Positions 1 to 9,969 of a stretch of DNA of 64,000 nucleotides are shown here, piece by piece (the first letter of the stretch is position 1; each line of letters opens with the position of its first letter). A program made the position numbers and the translations under genes. The notes beneath the pieces were generated by a model. It was given only the letters and a program-made list of their open reading frames with translations, searched no databases and was not told the origin of the DNA. This DNA comes from Candidatus Ryanbacteria bacterium CG10_big_fil_rev_8_21_14_0_10_43_42. Lineage in GTDB: Bacteria > Patescibacteriota > Minisyncoccia > Ryanbacterales > 2-02-FULL-48-12. Location of the stretch: contig PFEF01000010.1 of NCBI GenBank assembly GCA_002793915.1, positions 60,011-124,010 of the forward strand, in the 5' to 3' direction.

Positions 1-326
1 TTACGGTATTTCTTACACAGGCTACCGGTGTGTCTATGGTGCACGAGACGGTGTTCGATGGACGTCTTTTTTATACAAATGATGTAAATCGTATGGGTGC
101 GCACATTATTCAATGTGATTTACATCGCGCTATTGTGTTTGGCCCCACCTTGCTTCACGGACGTGTTATGGAAAGTCCGGATTTACGAGCGGGTATTGCA
201 TTTGTTATTGCGGCATTGATTGCAAAAGGGGAATCACGTATTGGTAATTTATATCATATTGACCGTGGTTATGAAGCACTTGATGAACGATTGCGTGCCA
301 TCGGTGCGGATATTCGGAGAGTGTAA
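1..326 (+). CDS. murA: UDP-N-acetylglucosamine 1-carboxyvinyltransferase (MurA), C-terminal part; the 5' end lies upstream of the window
   Basis: Reading frame is open from position 3. C-terminal sequence ...GIAFVIAALIAKGESRIGNLYHIDRGYEALDERLRAIGADIRRV resembles the MurA C-terminus. Confidence 0.55.
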   Translation, partial: TVFLTQATGVSMVHETVFDGRLFYTNDVNRMGAHIIQCDLHRAIVFGPTLLHGRVMESPDLRAGIAFVIAALIAKGESRIGNLYHIDRGYEALDERLRAIGADIRRV

Positions 327-446
327 AGATCCGCGTACACTCAAGGACGAAAGGGTTAAGACTATGTTCATTGACAAATAGATAAAAATATGTGACATAT
401 AGCATGAACATATTTCTTTAAAAACAGAAACCGGAGGGAGAATCTC

Positions 447-2729
447 ATGAACAACGGTAGTGAATATCGGCAGGATCAGTATCCTGTGTCGGTATATGGT
501 ACAGAGAGCTACGTAGTGAACGGTTCTTATGGGTACGATCCGCGTCCATGGACGATGGAAACATGGATAAGCATTCTTAAAAAACAATGGCACATCATTG
601 TTTTTACGGTTTGTTTTTTATGCGTGTGCGGTATTTTCGAGGCGCGTATGAGCCCTAAGATGTACACGTCCCGTGCGCTTATTCAGATCAAAGCAGACAC
701 CTCTTCGCTTTTGGATAAAAAAGTTTTTCCGGGCGGTAATGAGCAAACATTTTACACTTCCCAAATGATTCTCCTTGAGGATCCTCATTTGGCGTGGGAG
801 GTGATACAGCGTGAGGGGCTTTATACTGATGGGGAAATGCTATCTGATCTCCAGGAATCTTTTCTGGAAGAATCCCAAAGTCCGTTTCAGAGTCTCATTT
901 ATTATATTCGGTCATTGCCGTTTATGCTTACGGATTATTCCGGAAATGAGCGATATCCGAAAGAAGGCACTGCACAAGATAATGATGCATATGAGCAAAT
1001 AAATGAAGAACGCAAAAAAAAACCATACACGGAAAAGTATGCACGTTTTTTGGATGTTGAACGGTATGGATCACCCGACACGGATATTGTGGCAGTCTCG
1101 TTTACTACGGGAGATCCGGTATTGTCTTTTTTGCTCGCCGCGGCACATAGCGATGCTTTTATGGATCGCGCCATGAAAACGGAATTCGCATCGAGTGAGT
1201 CGTCCCGTAATTTTTTGGGAAAAAAAGTGGAAGAGTTAAAAGAGAGACTAGCCGCCAATCAAAAAGAAGTTAATGCATTGCGTATACGAAGCGGGGACAT
1301 TCTCGTGGGCGATAAGGAAACGCTTGCCACAAGGGAAATGGGGAATTTGCAGTCTTCTTACGGAAAAGAGCGGGAAGCACGTATTTCTCTGGAGATGGCG
1401 TATACAGCGCTTGAAACAAGGGATAATTCGGTATTTATGAATAATCCCACTATACGGCAGGCGGAACAGGATCTTCTCACGGCGGAGTCTGTAAGAAATC
1501 AATTGCTCTCTTCGCTTACGCGCGAACATCCGCGCTTTAAAGAGGCAGAAGCAACCGTTCTTTCTGCGCGCAATTATCTGGAGAACATAAAAAAGGAAAT
1601 AAAGGAAAGAACGCTTTCCGATGTTCTTATTGCAAAAGCGCGAGAAGAAAAAGCGCGAGATGCATTACAAAAGAAGAGGGAGGAATATGAAACCAACTCG
1701 AATACGGTTGGTCCGAAGATTGCGTTTCTAGAAAGAGAAATCGAAATTAACGGAGGTATACTTTCCCGTTTGCAGGAAAAATTACAGACATTGCAAATGG
1801 CGTATCATATGCCTATTTCCTATATGCGCGTGGTGCAAAGGGCGGAATTTCCTTTTTACTATTCGTCTCCCAACGAGATGAATATTATTGTGTTGTGGAC
1901 GTGTGCGGGTTTTCTTTTCGGCATATTTTTTGCATGTGTGCGGGAATATTTTGATCGACAGTACTTATGGAGCAGAGAAGATGTCGAGACGGTAACGAAT
2001 CTTTCCGTTCTCGCTGATATTCCCCTGGAGGATAGCAATAATGAATTGATCGTGGGAAACGGTTTCCAGTCTCCTGCATCAGAGGCTATTAAAGGTTTTG
2101 CCGCATATATTCTTCAAAAGATAGATCCGCCGGGATCCATTCTTTTTGCAAGTGTTGAACCGGCCGCCGGAAAAACGTTTTTATTGGCAAATCTTGCACA
2201 CGCCCTATTGTTGCAGGAAAAGCGCATCGCATTTATAAGTGCGGATCTTCATCATCCTCGATGCGGTGAAATATTGGGGTTTAATGAGCAAGGTAAGGGA
2301 TTAAGCGATATTCTTATGCAAGAAAGCATGCCCGTTAAGGATTGTTTAGGAGAAATGGATACTATACGATTCTTTTTTATTCCTTGCGGCACGTATGTTC
2401 ATGACGCATCATCACTCCTTGCGTGTTCGCGAATGGTTGAACTTCTTAGGTGTTTGCGGGATAAGTTTGAGTATGTATTGATTGATGCACCTCCATTACT
2501 ATTATCCGATTGGCATGTATTGGCGCGGCAGACGGATTACGTGTTTCCCGTTGTACGCTCCGGGCGTATAACGAATGCTGATTTTGAAAATCTTGTACGC
2601 AGTCTTGCTCATATGAAGATTAAGGTGCCCGGTATTTTGCTTAACGGTACCGATGGAACAAAGTCGTTATATTCTGCAAAATACGACTATAATGATTTTG
2701 AAAGGAATAATATGAGAAATGAGACCTAG
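447..2729 (+). CDS. Polysaccharide chain-length determinant (Wzz-like) fused to a bacterial tyrosine autokinase (BY-kinase) domain
   Basis: Strong RBS GGAGGG. N-terminal Wzz-like domain with a TM segment, a long coiled-coil, a second TM segment, then a P-loop (PAAGKTFLLANLA), a VLIDAPPLL Walker-B-like motif and a Tyr-rich C-terminal tail (YSAKYDYNDF). Confidence 0.6.
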   Translation: MNNGSEYRQDQYPVSVYGTESYVVNGSYGYDPRPWTMETWISILKKQWHIIVFTVCFLCVCGIFEARMSPKMYTSRALIQIKADTSSLLDKKVFPGGNEQTFYTSQMILLEDPHLAWEVIQREGLYTDGEMLSDLQESFLEESQSPFQSLIYYIRSLPFMLTDYSGNERYPKEGTAQDNDAYEQINEERKKKPYTEKYARFLDVERYGSPDTDIVAVSFTTGDPVLSFLLAAAHSDAFMDRAMKTEFASSESSRNFLGKKVEELKERLAANQKEVNALRIRSGDILVGDKETLATREMGNLQSSYGKEREARISLEMAYTALETRDNSVFMNNPTIRQAEQDLLTAESVRNQLLSSLTREHPRFKEAEATVLSARNYLENIKKEIKERTLSDVLIAKAREEKARDALQKKREEYETNSNTVGPKIAFLEREIEINGGILSRLQEKLQTLQMAYHMPISYMRVVQRAEFPFYYSSPNEMNIIVLWTCAGFLFGIFFACVREYFDRQYLWSREDVETVTNLSVLADIPLEDSNNELIVGNGFQSPASEAIKGFAAYILQKIDPPGSILFASVEPAAGKTFLLANLAHALLLQEKRIAFISADLHHPRCGEILGFNEQGKGLSDILMQESMPVKDCLGEMDTIRFFFIPCGTYVHDASSLLACSRMVELLRCLRDKFEYVLIDAPPLLLSDWHVLARQTDYVFPVVRSGRITNADFENLVRSLAHMKIKVPGILLNGTDGTKSLYSAKYDYNDFERNNMRNET

Positions 2730-2739
2730 ACCCATATTA

Positions 2740-2766
2740 GGAACAAGTAACACTTGTTCCTTTTTT
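2740..2766 (+). terminator. Rho-independent terminator after the Wzz/BY-kinase gene
   Basis: ggaacaagt-aac-acttgttcc hairpin followed by TTTTTT. Confidence 0.6.
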
Positions 2767-2825
2767 CATACATGCTTTTTTGATTTTCAAGGGTAAACGG
2801 TGTAGATTGGATATACACTCTCTTT

Positions 2826-3851
2826 ATGATTTTCAATTCATTTACGCGAAAATTGGGCATTGATCTCGGAACGGCGAATACGCTTGTTTTTGTGCCGGGG
2901 AAGGGTATTGTGTTAAACGAGCCCTCCGTAGTGGCGGTTTCTACTCTTGAAAATAAGGTTCTTGCCGTGGGAAATGAGGCAAAGATAATGATTGGACGAA
3001 CGCCCGAAGCGATTACGGCGTATCAACCTATGCGGGACGGCGCTATTGCGGATTATCGGGTAACGGAAGCGATGTTGCGATATTTTATATCAAAGGCATT
3101 GGGACGATTCCAGATATTAAAGCCGGAAGTAATGATATCGGTTCCTGCCGGCGTTACATCAACGGAACGAAGGTCGGTAGTGGAAGCCGCCGTTAAAGCG
3201 GGCGCCAAAGCCGCTTATGTCGTAAAAGAACCGATATTGGCGGCTATTGGCGCCGGTATTCCCATTTATGAGCCCACCGGACATATGGTGGTGGATATTG
3301 GGGGCGGTACTACGGATGTTGCCGTTATTTCACTTGGCGGCATTGTGGCGTCTACTTCGGTAAAGGTAGCGGGTAATAAAATAGATCAGGCTATTGCCGA
3401 TTATATTAAAAAACATATGAATCTGGCTATTGGGGACAGAACAGCTGAAGAGATTAAGATAGCGGTGGGTTCCGCTATTCCGCAAGAAGAAGAAATAACA
3501 TATGAAATCCGTGGGCGGGATTTTTTAACCGGTCTTCCACGAACGGCGGAGATTACAACGAACGATGTGGTGGAGGCTATAGGAGATAAATTGGAAGAAA
3601 TGGTGCGCGCCACCAAGACCGTACTTCAAGAAACACCGCCGGAACTGGCAGCCGATGTTATTGATCATGGTATTATTATGACGGGAGGCGGATCTCTTTT
3701 ACGTAATATAGATGAACTAGTATTTCGTTCAACAGGTGTACCGGCGCGTATTGCAAAAGATGCCCAGTTGTGTGTTGTACGCGGAACCGGTGTTGCTCTT
3801 GATCATCTGGATGTATATAAACGCAGTATCGTATCAAAAAAATACGTATGA
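2826..3851 (+). CDS. mreB: Rod-shape actin homolog MreB, paralog 1
   Basis: GIDLGTANTLVFV phosphate-1 motif, DIGGGTTD motif and an actin fold throughout. Overlaps the next gene by 4 nt. Confidence 0.85.
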   Translation: MIFNSFTRKLGIDLGTANTLVFVPGKGIVLNEPSVVAVSTLENKVLAVGNEAKIMIGRTPEAITAYQPMRDGAIADYRVTEAMLRYFISKALGRFQILKPEVMISVPAGVTSTERRSVVEAAVKAGAKAAYVVKEPILAAIGAGIPIYEPTGHMVVDIGGGTTDVAVISLGGIVASTSVKVAGNKIDQAIADYIKKHMNLAIGDRTAEEIKIAVGSAIPQEEEITYEIRGRDFLTGLPRTAEITTNDVVEAIGDKLEEMVRATKTVLQETPPELAADVIDHGIIMTGGGSLLRNIDELVFRSTGVPARIAKDAQLCVVRGTGVALDHLDVYKRSIVSKKYV

Positions 3852-4801
3852 TTATTGTTGGACACGAACGGCAAGTAAACATACTGGACACACATATTAG
3901 GCGTGATACCATATCGCACGCATATTTGTTTTCGGGAATGTCTCATGTTGGAAAAGCAACAATAGCGCGCATGTTCGTTGCATCATTGTTGTGTGAAAAA
4001 CGTCCGGCGGGCATTCTTGCTTCGTGTGGTTTATGCCGGACATGCCGTGCTATAGAAAACAAAAATCACCCCGATATATTTACCGTATCTTCAATGACAG
4101 AGGAACGATCACGCGATTACATTAGTCTGGATGCGATTCGAAATATGCGAAAACACATGGGACGCACTGCACTTCTTGGTGCGTATAATATAGCTTTTAT
4201 TGATGATGCTTCTTTTTTAGGTCGCGAAGCGGCAAATGCATTTTTAAAGATATTGGAGGATCCTCCGGAAAAGACAATCTTTATATTAATAACAACCAGC
4301 AAGGATACAATACTGCCGACAATTTTTTCTCGTGTTTGGCATATGGCATTTTGGCCGGTTTCTGCTTCTGCTATTGAACGCTATAGCATGCATGAGTATG
4401 GATGGAGTGAGGAAAAAGCACGCAGTGTGGGCGCATATGCTTACGGACGGCCGGGCATGGTATGTCTTTTTCATGAGAATAATATAGCTATGGCGGAGGG
4501 GGAAAAAAGAAAAAATGAACATGCCGCGAGGCACACTACGCCACTTTCTCGTCAGTTTTCCGCCGTGGAAGACCGTATTAAACATGATGGGATGCACGAT
4601 GCGTGGTATACTGATTCTATAGGACCTCTCGTGCGTGCATTGGAGGAGTGTCTTTGCGGGCGTTCATATACCGGTGTTTCCGCCCGGCGCGTTGCCGCAT
4701 GGATAAGAAATGAGCTTGCGGAACAGACGGATCTTAAGCTTCCGTACATACAAAAAAAGATGCGTATGGAAGCGAATATTCTCACAAATTACACATTATG
4801 A
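3848..4801 (+). CDS. holB: DNA polymerase III delta-prime subunit (HolB-like clamp-loader AAA+ protein)
   Basis: Walker A GMSHVGKAT, a Zn module CGLCRTCRAIENKNHPD, and SRV (sensor). ATGA overlap with mreB upstream. Confidence 0.7.
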   Translation: MIIVGHERQVNILDTHIRRDTISHAYLFSGMSHVGKATIARMFVASLLCEKRPAGILASCGLCRTCRAIENKNHPDIFTVSSMTEERSRDYISLDAIRNMRKHMGRTALLGAYNIAFIDDASFLGREAANAFLKILEDPPEKTIFILITTSKDTILPTIFSRVWHMAFWPVSASAIERYSMHEYGWSEEKARSVGAYAYGRPGMVCLFHENNIAMAEGEKRKNEHAARHTTPLSRQFSAVEDRIKHDGMHDAWYTDSIGPLVRALEECLCGRSYTGVSARRVAAWIRNELAEQTDLKLPYIQKKMRMEANILTNYTL

Positions 4802-5868
4802 ATCAGCGCATAAAAACGATTATTCTTATTTCTATTGCTATTGTTTCCGCTATCATTGTATTTTTGGCGGCATTCTTATTTTTTTCCCGGAATAGCGAGG
4901 AAGAGATTATAAAAGAGCCGATTGCGCATGATCCCGATTCAACCGTTTTTCTTTCGGAGAATGGAGGAATGGAGTGGCGGGGCGTTGAAGATATTCGGTT
5001 CTCTGTTGAAAAGTTTATGTTTACAAGTGATGGCAGGGTGCTGTATACGGGCACTAATGGAGACGGATTCTGGCAATCGGAAAATGGAGGACGCGCTTTT
5101 TCGCTTGTTGAAGATAAGAATACCATAGTTGATGCTCATAGTAGTATATTTGATATTGCGCTTCCCGCATCAAGACCGCCCGAAGCATATGTTGCTGTAT
5201 TTACCGACGATAAGGGACGTATTGTTACTTTGCAGGATGAAGGATTTACGGAAATATACTTTTCTCCGCTTAATCGAACGGCGGTATCAGCTCTTGCTCT
5301 TGATCCGGCGGATGATAGTCGTTTGTTTTTTATATCTGATGTCGGATTTTTTGAGTCTCGTGATGCGGGGTCTACATGGCGAGTGGTGCATCGGTTTACT
5401 CGTCCGGTGGAGTACTTACTTGCACATCCGCGGAGGACGGGTGTTTTCTGGGCGATTACTTCTCGGGGAGAACTTTTTCATAGTACCGATTATGGTGTGA
5501 CATGGGAAAACATAAACAGTCGTTTTCGCCAATTTCGTGGCGCAAACTCAATAAAAAATATCTTTATTGATAAAACAGATCGTTTATATATGATATCGGA
5601 AGAGGGACTCTTTACATCTGTTGATGCTGGTGTAACATGGGAAGAAATTCCGTTAATCGTACCACCTGATTCATTGCCTATAACGGCATTTGCCGTGGAT
5701 CCGAATGATGTTCGACGCATATATGTTGCCGCAGAGGCGCAATTGTATACCAGTACGGACGGCGGGGATTCATGGCAGGGAAGAGATTTTGGTGGACGAA
5801 GAACAATTAAGGCCATTGCTATTGATCCGCGGGATTCGAATAGGATACTTATTGGTTTTGATAGATAA
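4798..5868 (+). CDS. Membrane-anchored BNR/Asp-box repeat beta-propeller protein (Ycf48/sortilin-like)
   Basis: N-terminal TM helix. Repeated S/T-x-D-x-G-x-T-W motifs (SRDAGSTW, STDYGVTW, SVDAGVTW, STDGGDSW). 4-nt overlap with holB. Confidence 0.55.
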   Translation: MNQRIKTIILISIAIVSAIIVFLAAFLFFSRNSEEEIIKEPIAHDPDSTVFLSENGGMEWRGVEDIRFSVEKFMFTSDGRVLYTGTNGDGFWQSENGGRAFSLVEDKNTIVDAHSSIFDIALPASRPPEAYVAVFTDDKGRIVTLQDEGFTEIYFSPLNRTAVSALALDPADDSRLFFISDVGFFESRDAGSTWRVVHRFTRPVEYLLAHPRRTGVFWAITSRGELFHSTDYGVTWENINSRFRQFRGANSIKNIFIDKTDRLYMISEEGLFTSVDAGVTWEEIPLIVPPDSLPITAFAVDPNDVRRIYVAAEAQLYTSTDGGDSWQGRDFGGRRTIKAIAIDPRDSNRILIGFDR

Positions 5869-5884
5869 TATTATATCTAAAAAT

Positions 5885-6439
5885 ATGCAAGATATCATAA
5901 AACAATATAATACGGAGCTTGATGCCATTATAGAATGGTTTCGAAATGAAATTTCATCTCTGCGTACGGGACGCGCCACACCCGCTTTAGTGGAAGATAT
6001 AGAAGTTGATCAATATGAAACAAAAACACCTTTAAAACACATTGCTTCCATTTCCACGCCGGATGCCCGTACTATTTATATTCAGCCATGGGATAAAAGC
6101 GCCATGGAAGGTATTATACGTGCTATTGAACACTCATCTCTACAATTGTCTCCTGTGGGTGATACGAATGCGGTTCGTATTACACTTCCTCCTCTTACGG
6201 AGGAGCGCCGGCGGGATTTGGTAAAAATTTTAAATACGAAAACAGAGGATGCGCGCGTGCGATCTCGAGTGCGGCGCGATGAAATATTAAAAAAGATTCA
6301 AAACAGCGAGAAAGCAAAAGAAATCGGCGAGGATGATAAATTTCGTGCGAAAGATGACGTACAAAAGCAGGTAGACGCATTTAATACCGTACTGGAAGAT
6401 GTACGCGCAAGGAAAGAAAAAGAGATTATGGAGGTCTGA
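5885..6439 (+). CDS. frr: Ribosome recycling factor
   Basis: 185-aa product starting MQDIIKQYN with typical Frr conservation (RTGRA, arginine-rich helix). The upstream in-frame extension in the ORF track is rejected. Confidence 0.85.
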   Translation: MQDIIKQYNTELDAIIEWFRNEISSLRTGRATPALVEDIEVDQYETKTPLKHIASISTPDARTIYIQPWDKSAMEGIIRAIEHSSLQLSPVGDTNAVRITLPPLTEERRRDLVKILNTKTEDARVRSRVRRDEILKKIQNSEKAKEIGEDDKFRAKDDVQKQVDAFNTVLEDVRARKEKEIMEV

Positions 6440-6472
6440 TACATGCGATTACAAATATAAAACATAACAATC

Positions 6473-7549
6473 ATGTTTACCGTCTTAATATTTTTGGCCG
6501 TTATAGCAATACTCGTGTTATCCCATGAATTTGGGCATTTTATGGCGGCCAAGATGCGGGGTATGCGTGTGGATGAATTCGGATTCGGATTTCCGCCAAA
6601 AATCTTCGGTAAAAAATGGGGAGAAACGGAATACACATTTAATCTATTTCCGTTTGGTGGCTTTGTAAAAATTTGGGGAGAGGATGAAGTGGAAGAAACG
6701 GACAATATGCGTAATTTTATTGCTCACGGAACCGGAAGTAAGTTTATCGTCATTGCCGCCGGTGTAATGATGAATATATTACTTGCTTATGTACTGTTCA
6801 CGATCGGACATATTGCGGGACTTCCTACGGCCGTTGATGATGAAACGCTTGCGCGTAATGTGCAGGTGCAGATTATTGAAGTAGCGGCTCTATCACCGGC
6901 GGCGGATGCGGGAGTACTTTCAGGAGACACTATTACGTATCTTGCATATAATGAAGAACGTATTTCTGTTCAGAATATTGAAGATGTGCAGGACGGTATA
7001 GCGTCTCACCTGGGAGAACAGATAACGCTTGGTCTCATGCGAGGGGATGAAGAAATTACGCTTTCAATAACACCGCGTACTCATCCGCCCGAAGGAGAAG
7101 GTGCTCTTGGTATCGCTATGCTGAAAACAGGTATCGTTTCGGTGCCGTGGTACCGGGCTCCGTGGGAGGGGCTTAAAACAACGGCCGCTCTCACATCTGC
7201 CGTTACAGGAGGGTTATGGTCATTTTTTGCGAATTTATTTCATACAGGCGAGGTTTTGGGAGAAGTGGCGGGTCCCGTGGGTATCGCACAAGTTGCCGGG
7301 CAGGCGGGACGGCTTGGATTTATCTACCTTCTACAGCTTACCGCTCTTTTATCCATTAATCTCGCCATATTAAACATACTTCCTATTCCGGCATTGGACG
7401 GTGGACGTATGTTATTTCTCATTATTGAAAAATTGCGTGGCAGACCTATAAGCGCTCTTTTTGCTCAACGCGCCCATGCTACGGGGTTTATTGCCCTTAT
7501 TCTTCTTATGATAATTATTACCTATAAGGATATTGTCCGCATTTTTTAA
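6473..7549 (+). CDS. rseP: RseP-like site-2 protease (M50 zinc metalloprotease with PDZ domain)
   Basis: HEFGH zinc motif in the first TM helix, a PDZ-like middle domain, and a C-terminal LDGG motif. Confidence 0.75.
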   Translation: MFTVLIFLAVIAILVLSHEFGHFMAAKMRGMRVDEFGFGFPPKIFGKKWGETEYTFNLFPFGGFVKIWGEDEVEETDNMRNFIAHGTGSKFIVIAAGVMMNILLAYVLFTIGHIAGLPTAVDDETLARNVQVQIIEVAALSPAADAGVLSGDTITYLAYNEERISVQNIEDVQDGIASHLGEQITLGLMRGDEEITLSITPRTHPPEGEGALGIAMLKTGIVSVPWYRAPWEGLKTTAALTSAVTGGLWSFFANLFHTGEVLGEVAGPVGIAQVAGQAGRLGFIYLLQLTALLSINLAILNILPIPALDGGRMLFLIIEKLRGRPISALFAQRAHATGFIALILLMIIITYKDIVRIF

Positions 7550-7591
7550 AAGAGGCGAGTATCTTTAGTATATTGGCGCCTCTTTGATTCT

Positions 7592-8863
7592 GTGCCCGTT
7601 TTCGCGTATACTAAGCACGTGAAGCAATCAGAATTATTTACGAAAACACTACGGGAGGCACCTCATGATGATATCTCGGTCAATGCACAACTTCTTGCCC
7701 GCGGTGGTTTTATATATAAAGAAATGGCCGGCGTGTATGCATATTTACCGCTTGGTTTTCGTGTCCTTAGAAAAATAGAACAGATTGTACGCGAAGAAAT
7801 GAACGCGTTGGGCGGGCAAGAGCTTATCATGACATCACTCCAGAGAAAAGAACTATGGGAGACAACCGATCGATGGGATGATAAAAGTGTAGATGTTTGG
7901 TTTAAATCAAAACTTCATGCGGGTGGTGAGGTTGGGTTTGCTTGGTCGCATGAGGAGCCGATTGCGACCATGATGAAAAATCATATTGAAAGTTTTCGCG
8001 ACTTGCCGGTGTATGTATATCAGTTTCAAACAAAATTGAGGAATGAGCTTCGTGCAAAAAGCGGCATCATTCGGGGACGAGAGTTTGTGATGAATGACAT
8101 GTATTCATTTTCTCTTGGTCAGGAAGATCATGACGCATTTTATAATGCTGCAATAGAAGCGTATAAAAATGTATATAGGCGGGTGGGTATTGGTGAAGAC
8201 ACTTTCGTCACGTTTGCATCGGGCGGCGCATTCACTAAATTCAGTCATGAGTTTCAGACTATTACTGAAGCGGGCGAGGACGTTATCTATATCAACCGCC
8301 ATAAGAATATTGCAATTAATGAGGAGGTGTTAAACGAGCAAACATTGAAAAGTCTTGGTATCGAGCGTGGGGATCTTGAGAAGGTAAAAACAGCGGAGGT
8401 AGGGAATATTTTTAATTTCGGAACCAAAAAGTCTGAAGATCTTGGTTTATGGTATTCTTCCAAGAACGACGAGAAAATTCCGGTATGGCTTGGTTCATAC
8501 GGTATCGGTATTACGCGTCTTATGGGTGTGTTGGTGGAAAAATTTGCAGATGAAAGGGGGATTATATGGCCGGAAGCAGTGGCTCCTTTTCGGGCGCATG
8601 TTATTGTACTGGATGATAAAAATGCGGAAGCGGAACGAGTCGTGTCTCTATTGGAGGAAGCCGGTATAGAGGTATTGTATGATGATCGTTCTCATAAGAC
8701 AGCCGGAGAAAAATTTGCCGACGCTGATTTAATAGGTATTCCGTATCGTATCGTCGTAAGCAAGCGGGCCAGTGAAAAGGGCGGGTATGAAATAAAACGG
8801 CGCAATGAAGAGAAAGCGCACATTGCAGAAATGGAAGAAATAATACGGCAGTGTTCCTCGTAA
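7592..8863 (+). CDS. proS: Prolyl-tRNA synthetase, short form without the INS editing domain
   Basis: Class II aaRS motifs and ProRS-like N-terminal sequence. At 423 aa it is shorter than the ~570-aa bacterial ProRS forms that carry the INS editing domain. Confidence 0.75.
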   Translation: MPVFAYTKHVKQSELFTKTLREAPHDDISVNAQLLARGGFIYKEMAGVYAYLPLGFRVLRKIEQIVREEMNALGGQELIMTSLQRKELWETTDRWDDKSVDVWFKSKLHAGGEVGFAWSHEEPIATMMKNHIESFRDLPVYVYQFQTKLRNELRAKSGIIRGREFVMNDMYSFSLGQEDHDAFYNAAIEAYKNVYRRVGIGEDTFVTFASGGAFTKFSHEFQTITEAGEDVIYINRHKNIAINEEVLNEQTLKSLGIERGDLEKVKTAEVGNIFNFGTKKSEDLGLWYSSKNDEKIPVWLGSYGIGITRLMGVLVEKFADERGIIWPEAVAPFRAHVIVLDDKNAEAERVVSLLEEAGIEVLYDDRSHKTAGEKFADADLIGIPYRIVVSKRASEKGGYEIKRRNEEKAHIAEMEEIIRQCSS

Positions 8864-8880
8864 TGTCTAATGCATAATAT

Positions 8881-9933
8881 ATGTTTGATAAACTTTTTAG
8901 TTTTTTCTCAAAGGATATTGGGATTGATTTAGGGACGGCAAATACTTTGGTTTATGTAAATGGATCGGGTATTCTTATTAACGAGCCGTCCGTTGTTGCT
9001 ATTAACCAAAAAACGGGACATGTGGTTGCTGTGGGAAATGAAGCAAAGCGCATGGTGGGACGCACACCCGGGCATATTGTTGCCGTCCGCCCTTTAGTAG
9101 AGGGAGTTATTTCTGACTTTGAAATTACGGAAGAGATGATGAAATATTTTATCGGAAAGGTACAGGAGGGGCGTTTTGGTCTTTTGGCGCGTCCGCGGGT
9201 TGTTATTGGGATTCCATCCGCTACAACGGAGGTGGAGCGTCGGGCGGTGCGGGATGCGGCTATTAATGCCGGTGCGCGCGAGGTTCATTTGGTGGAAGAA
9301 CCCATGGCGGCGGCTGTCGGTATACGTATGCCGATACAGGAGCCGGTGGGTAATATGGTAGTTGATATCGGAGGAGGAACAACGGATATTGCCGTTATTT
9401 CTCTTGGCGGTATTGTAGCTTCCCGTAATATAAAGGTTGCCGGGGATCGTCTCAATGAAGATATTATCCAATTTGCCCGTGATGAATTTAAAATTCTCAT
9501 AGGAGAGCGCACGGCGGAAGACATTAAAATAACGGCGGGATCCGCGTGGGAAGGAGATGAAGATGTTGAAACGACCATGCGAGGAAGGGATCTTATTACC
9601 GGACTTCCGCGTGAAGTGGTAATAACGAGCACGGATACGCGGGATGCCCTTGATAAATCAATAAAAGCAATCGTGTCCTCTATCAAAGAAGTTATCGAGA
9701 GTACGCCGCCCGAGTTGGTGGCGGATGTTATGCATCGCGGTATTATATTAGTAGGAGGAGGAGCTCTTTTACGTGGACTTGATAGAGTTATTGAAAAAGC
9801 GACCAAAATGCCGGTACGATTATCAGATGATCCGCTTACAGCGGTTGTGCGTGGCACCGGTGTTATTTTGGAGGATTTGGATATGCTACGAGAGGTTCTT
9901 TTGGAACATGAACGCGAGGTGGTGCCGCAATAG
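8881..9933 (+). CDS. mreB: Rod-shape actin homolog MreB, paralog 2, followed by mreC-mreD-mrdA
   Basis: GIDLGTANTLVYV and DIGGGTTD motifs; canonical mreBCD-PBP2 gene order. Confidence 0.9.
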   Translation: MFDKLFSFFSKDIGIDLGTANTLVYVNGSGILINEPSVVAINQKTGHVVAVGNEAKRMVGRTPGHIVAVRPLVEGVISDFEITEEMMKYFIGKVQEGRFGLLARPRVVIGIPSATTEVERRAVRDAAINAGAREVHLVEEPMAAAVGIRMPIQEPVGNMVVDIGGGTTDIAVISLGGIVASRNIKVAGDRLNEDIIQFARDEFKILIGERTAEDIKITAGSAWEGDEDVETTMRGRDLITGLPREVVITSTDTRDALDKSIKAIVSSIKEVIESTPPELVADVMHRGIILVGGGALLRGLDRVIEKATKMPVRLSDDPLTAVVRGTGVILEDLDMLREVLLEHEREVVPQ

Positions 9934-9969
9934 TTATTTTATGTACATAAGATTTTTTTAAAAAAACAT

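Noticed and set aside
5690-5884. The ORF-track 249-aa frr extension overlapping the BNR gene
   Set aside because: Frr is about 185 aa in bacteria and MQDIIKQ at 5885 is the conserved start. The extension overlaps the 3' end of the preceding gene.
9285-9857. 190-aa minus-strand ORF inside mreB paralog 2, and similar antisense ORFs (for example 24770-25531, 26648-27202, 34069-34827, 12756-13226)
   Set aside because: They sit entirely within strongly supported genes on the opposite strand. Their amino-acid composition is skewed (S/R/P/T-rich), as expected of antisense frames in GC-richer coding DNA.
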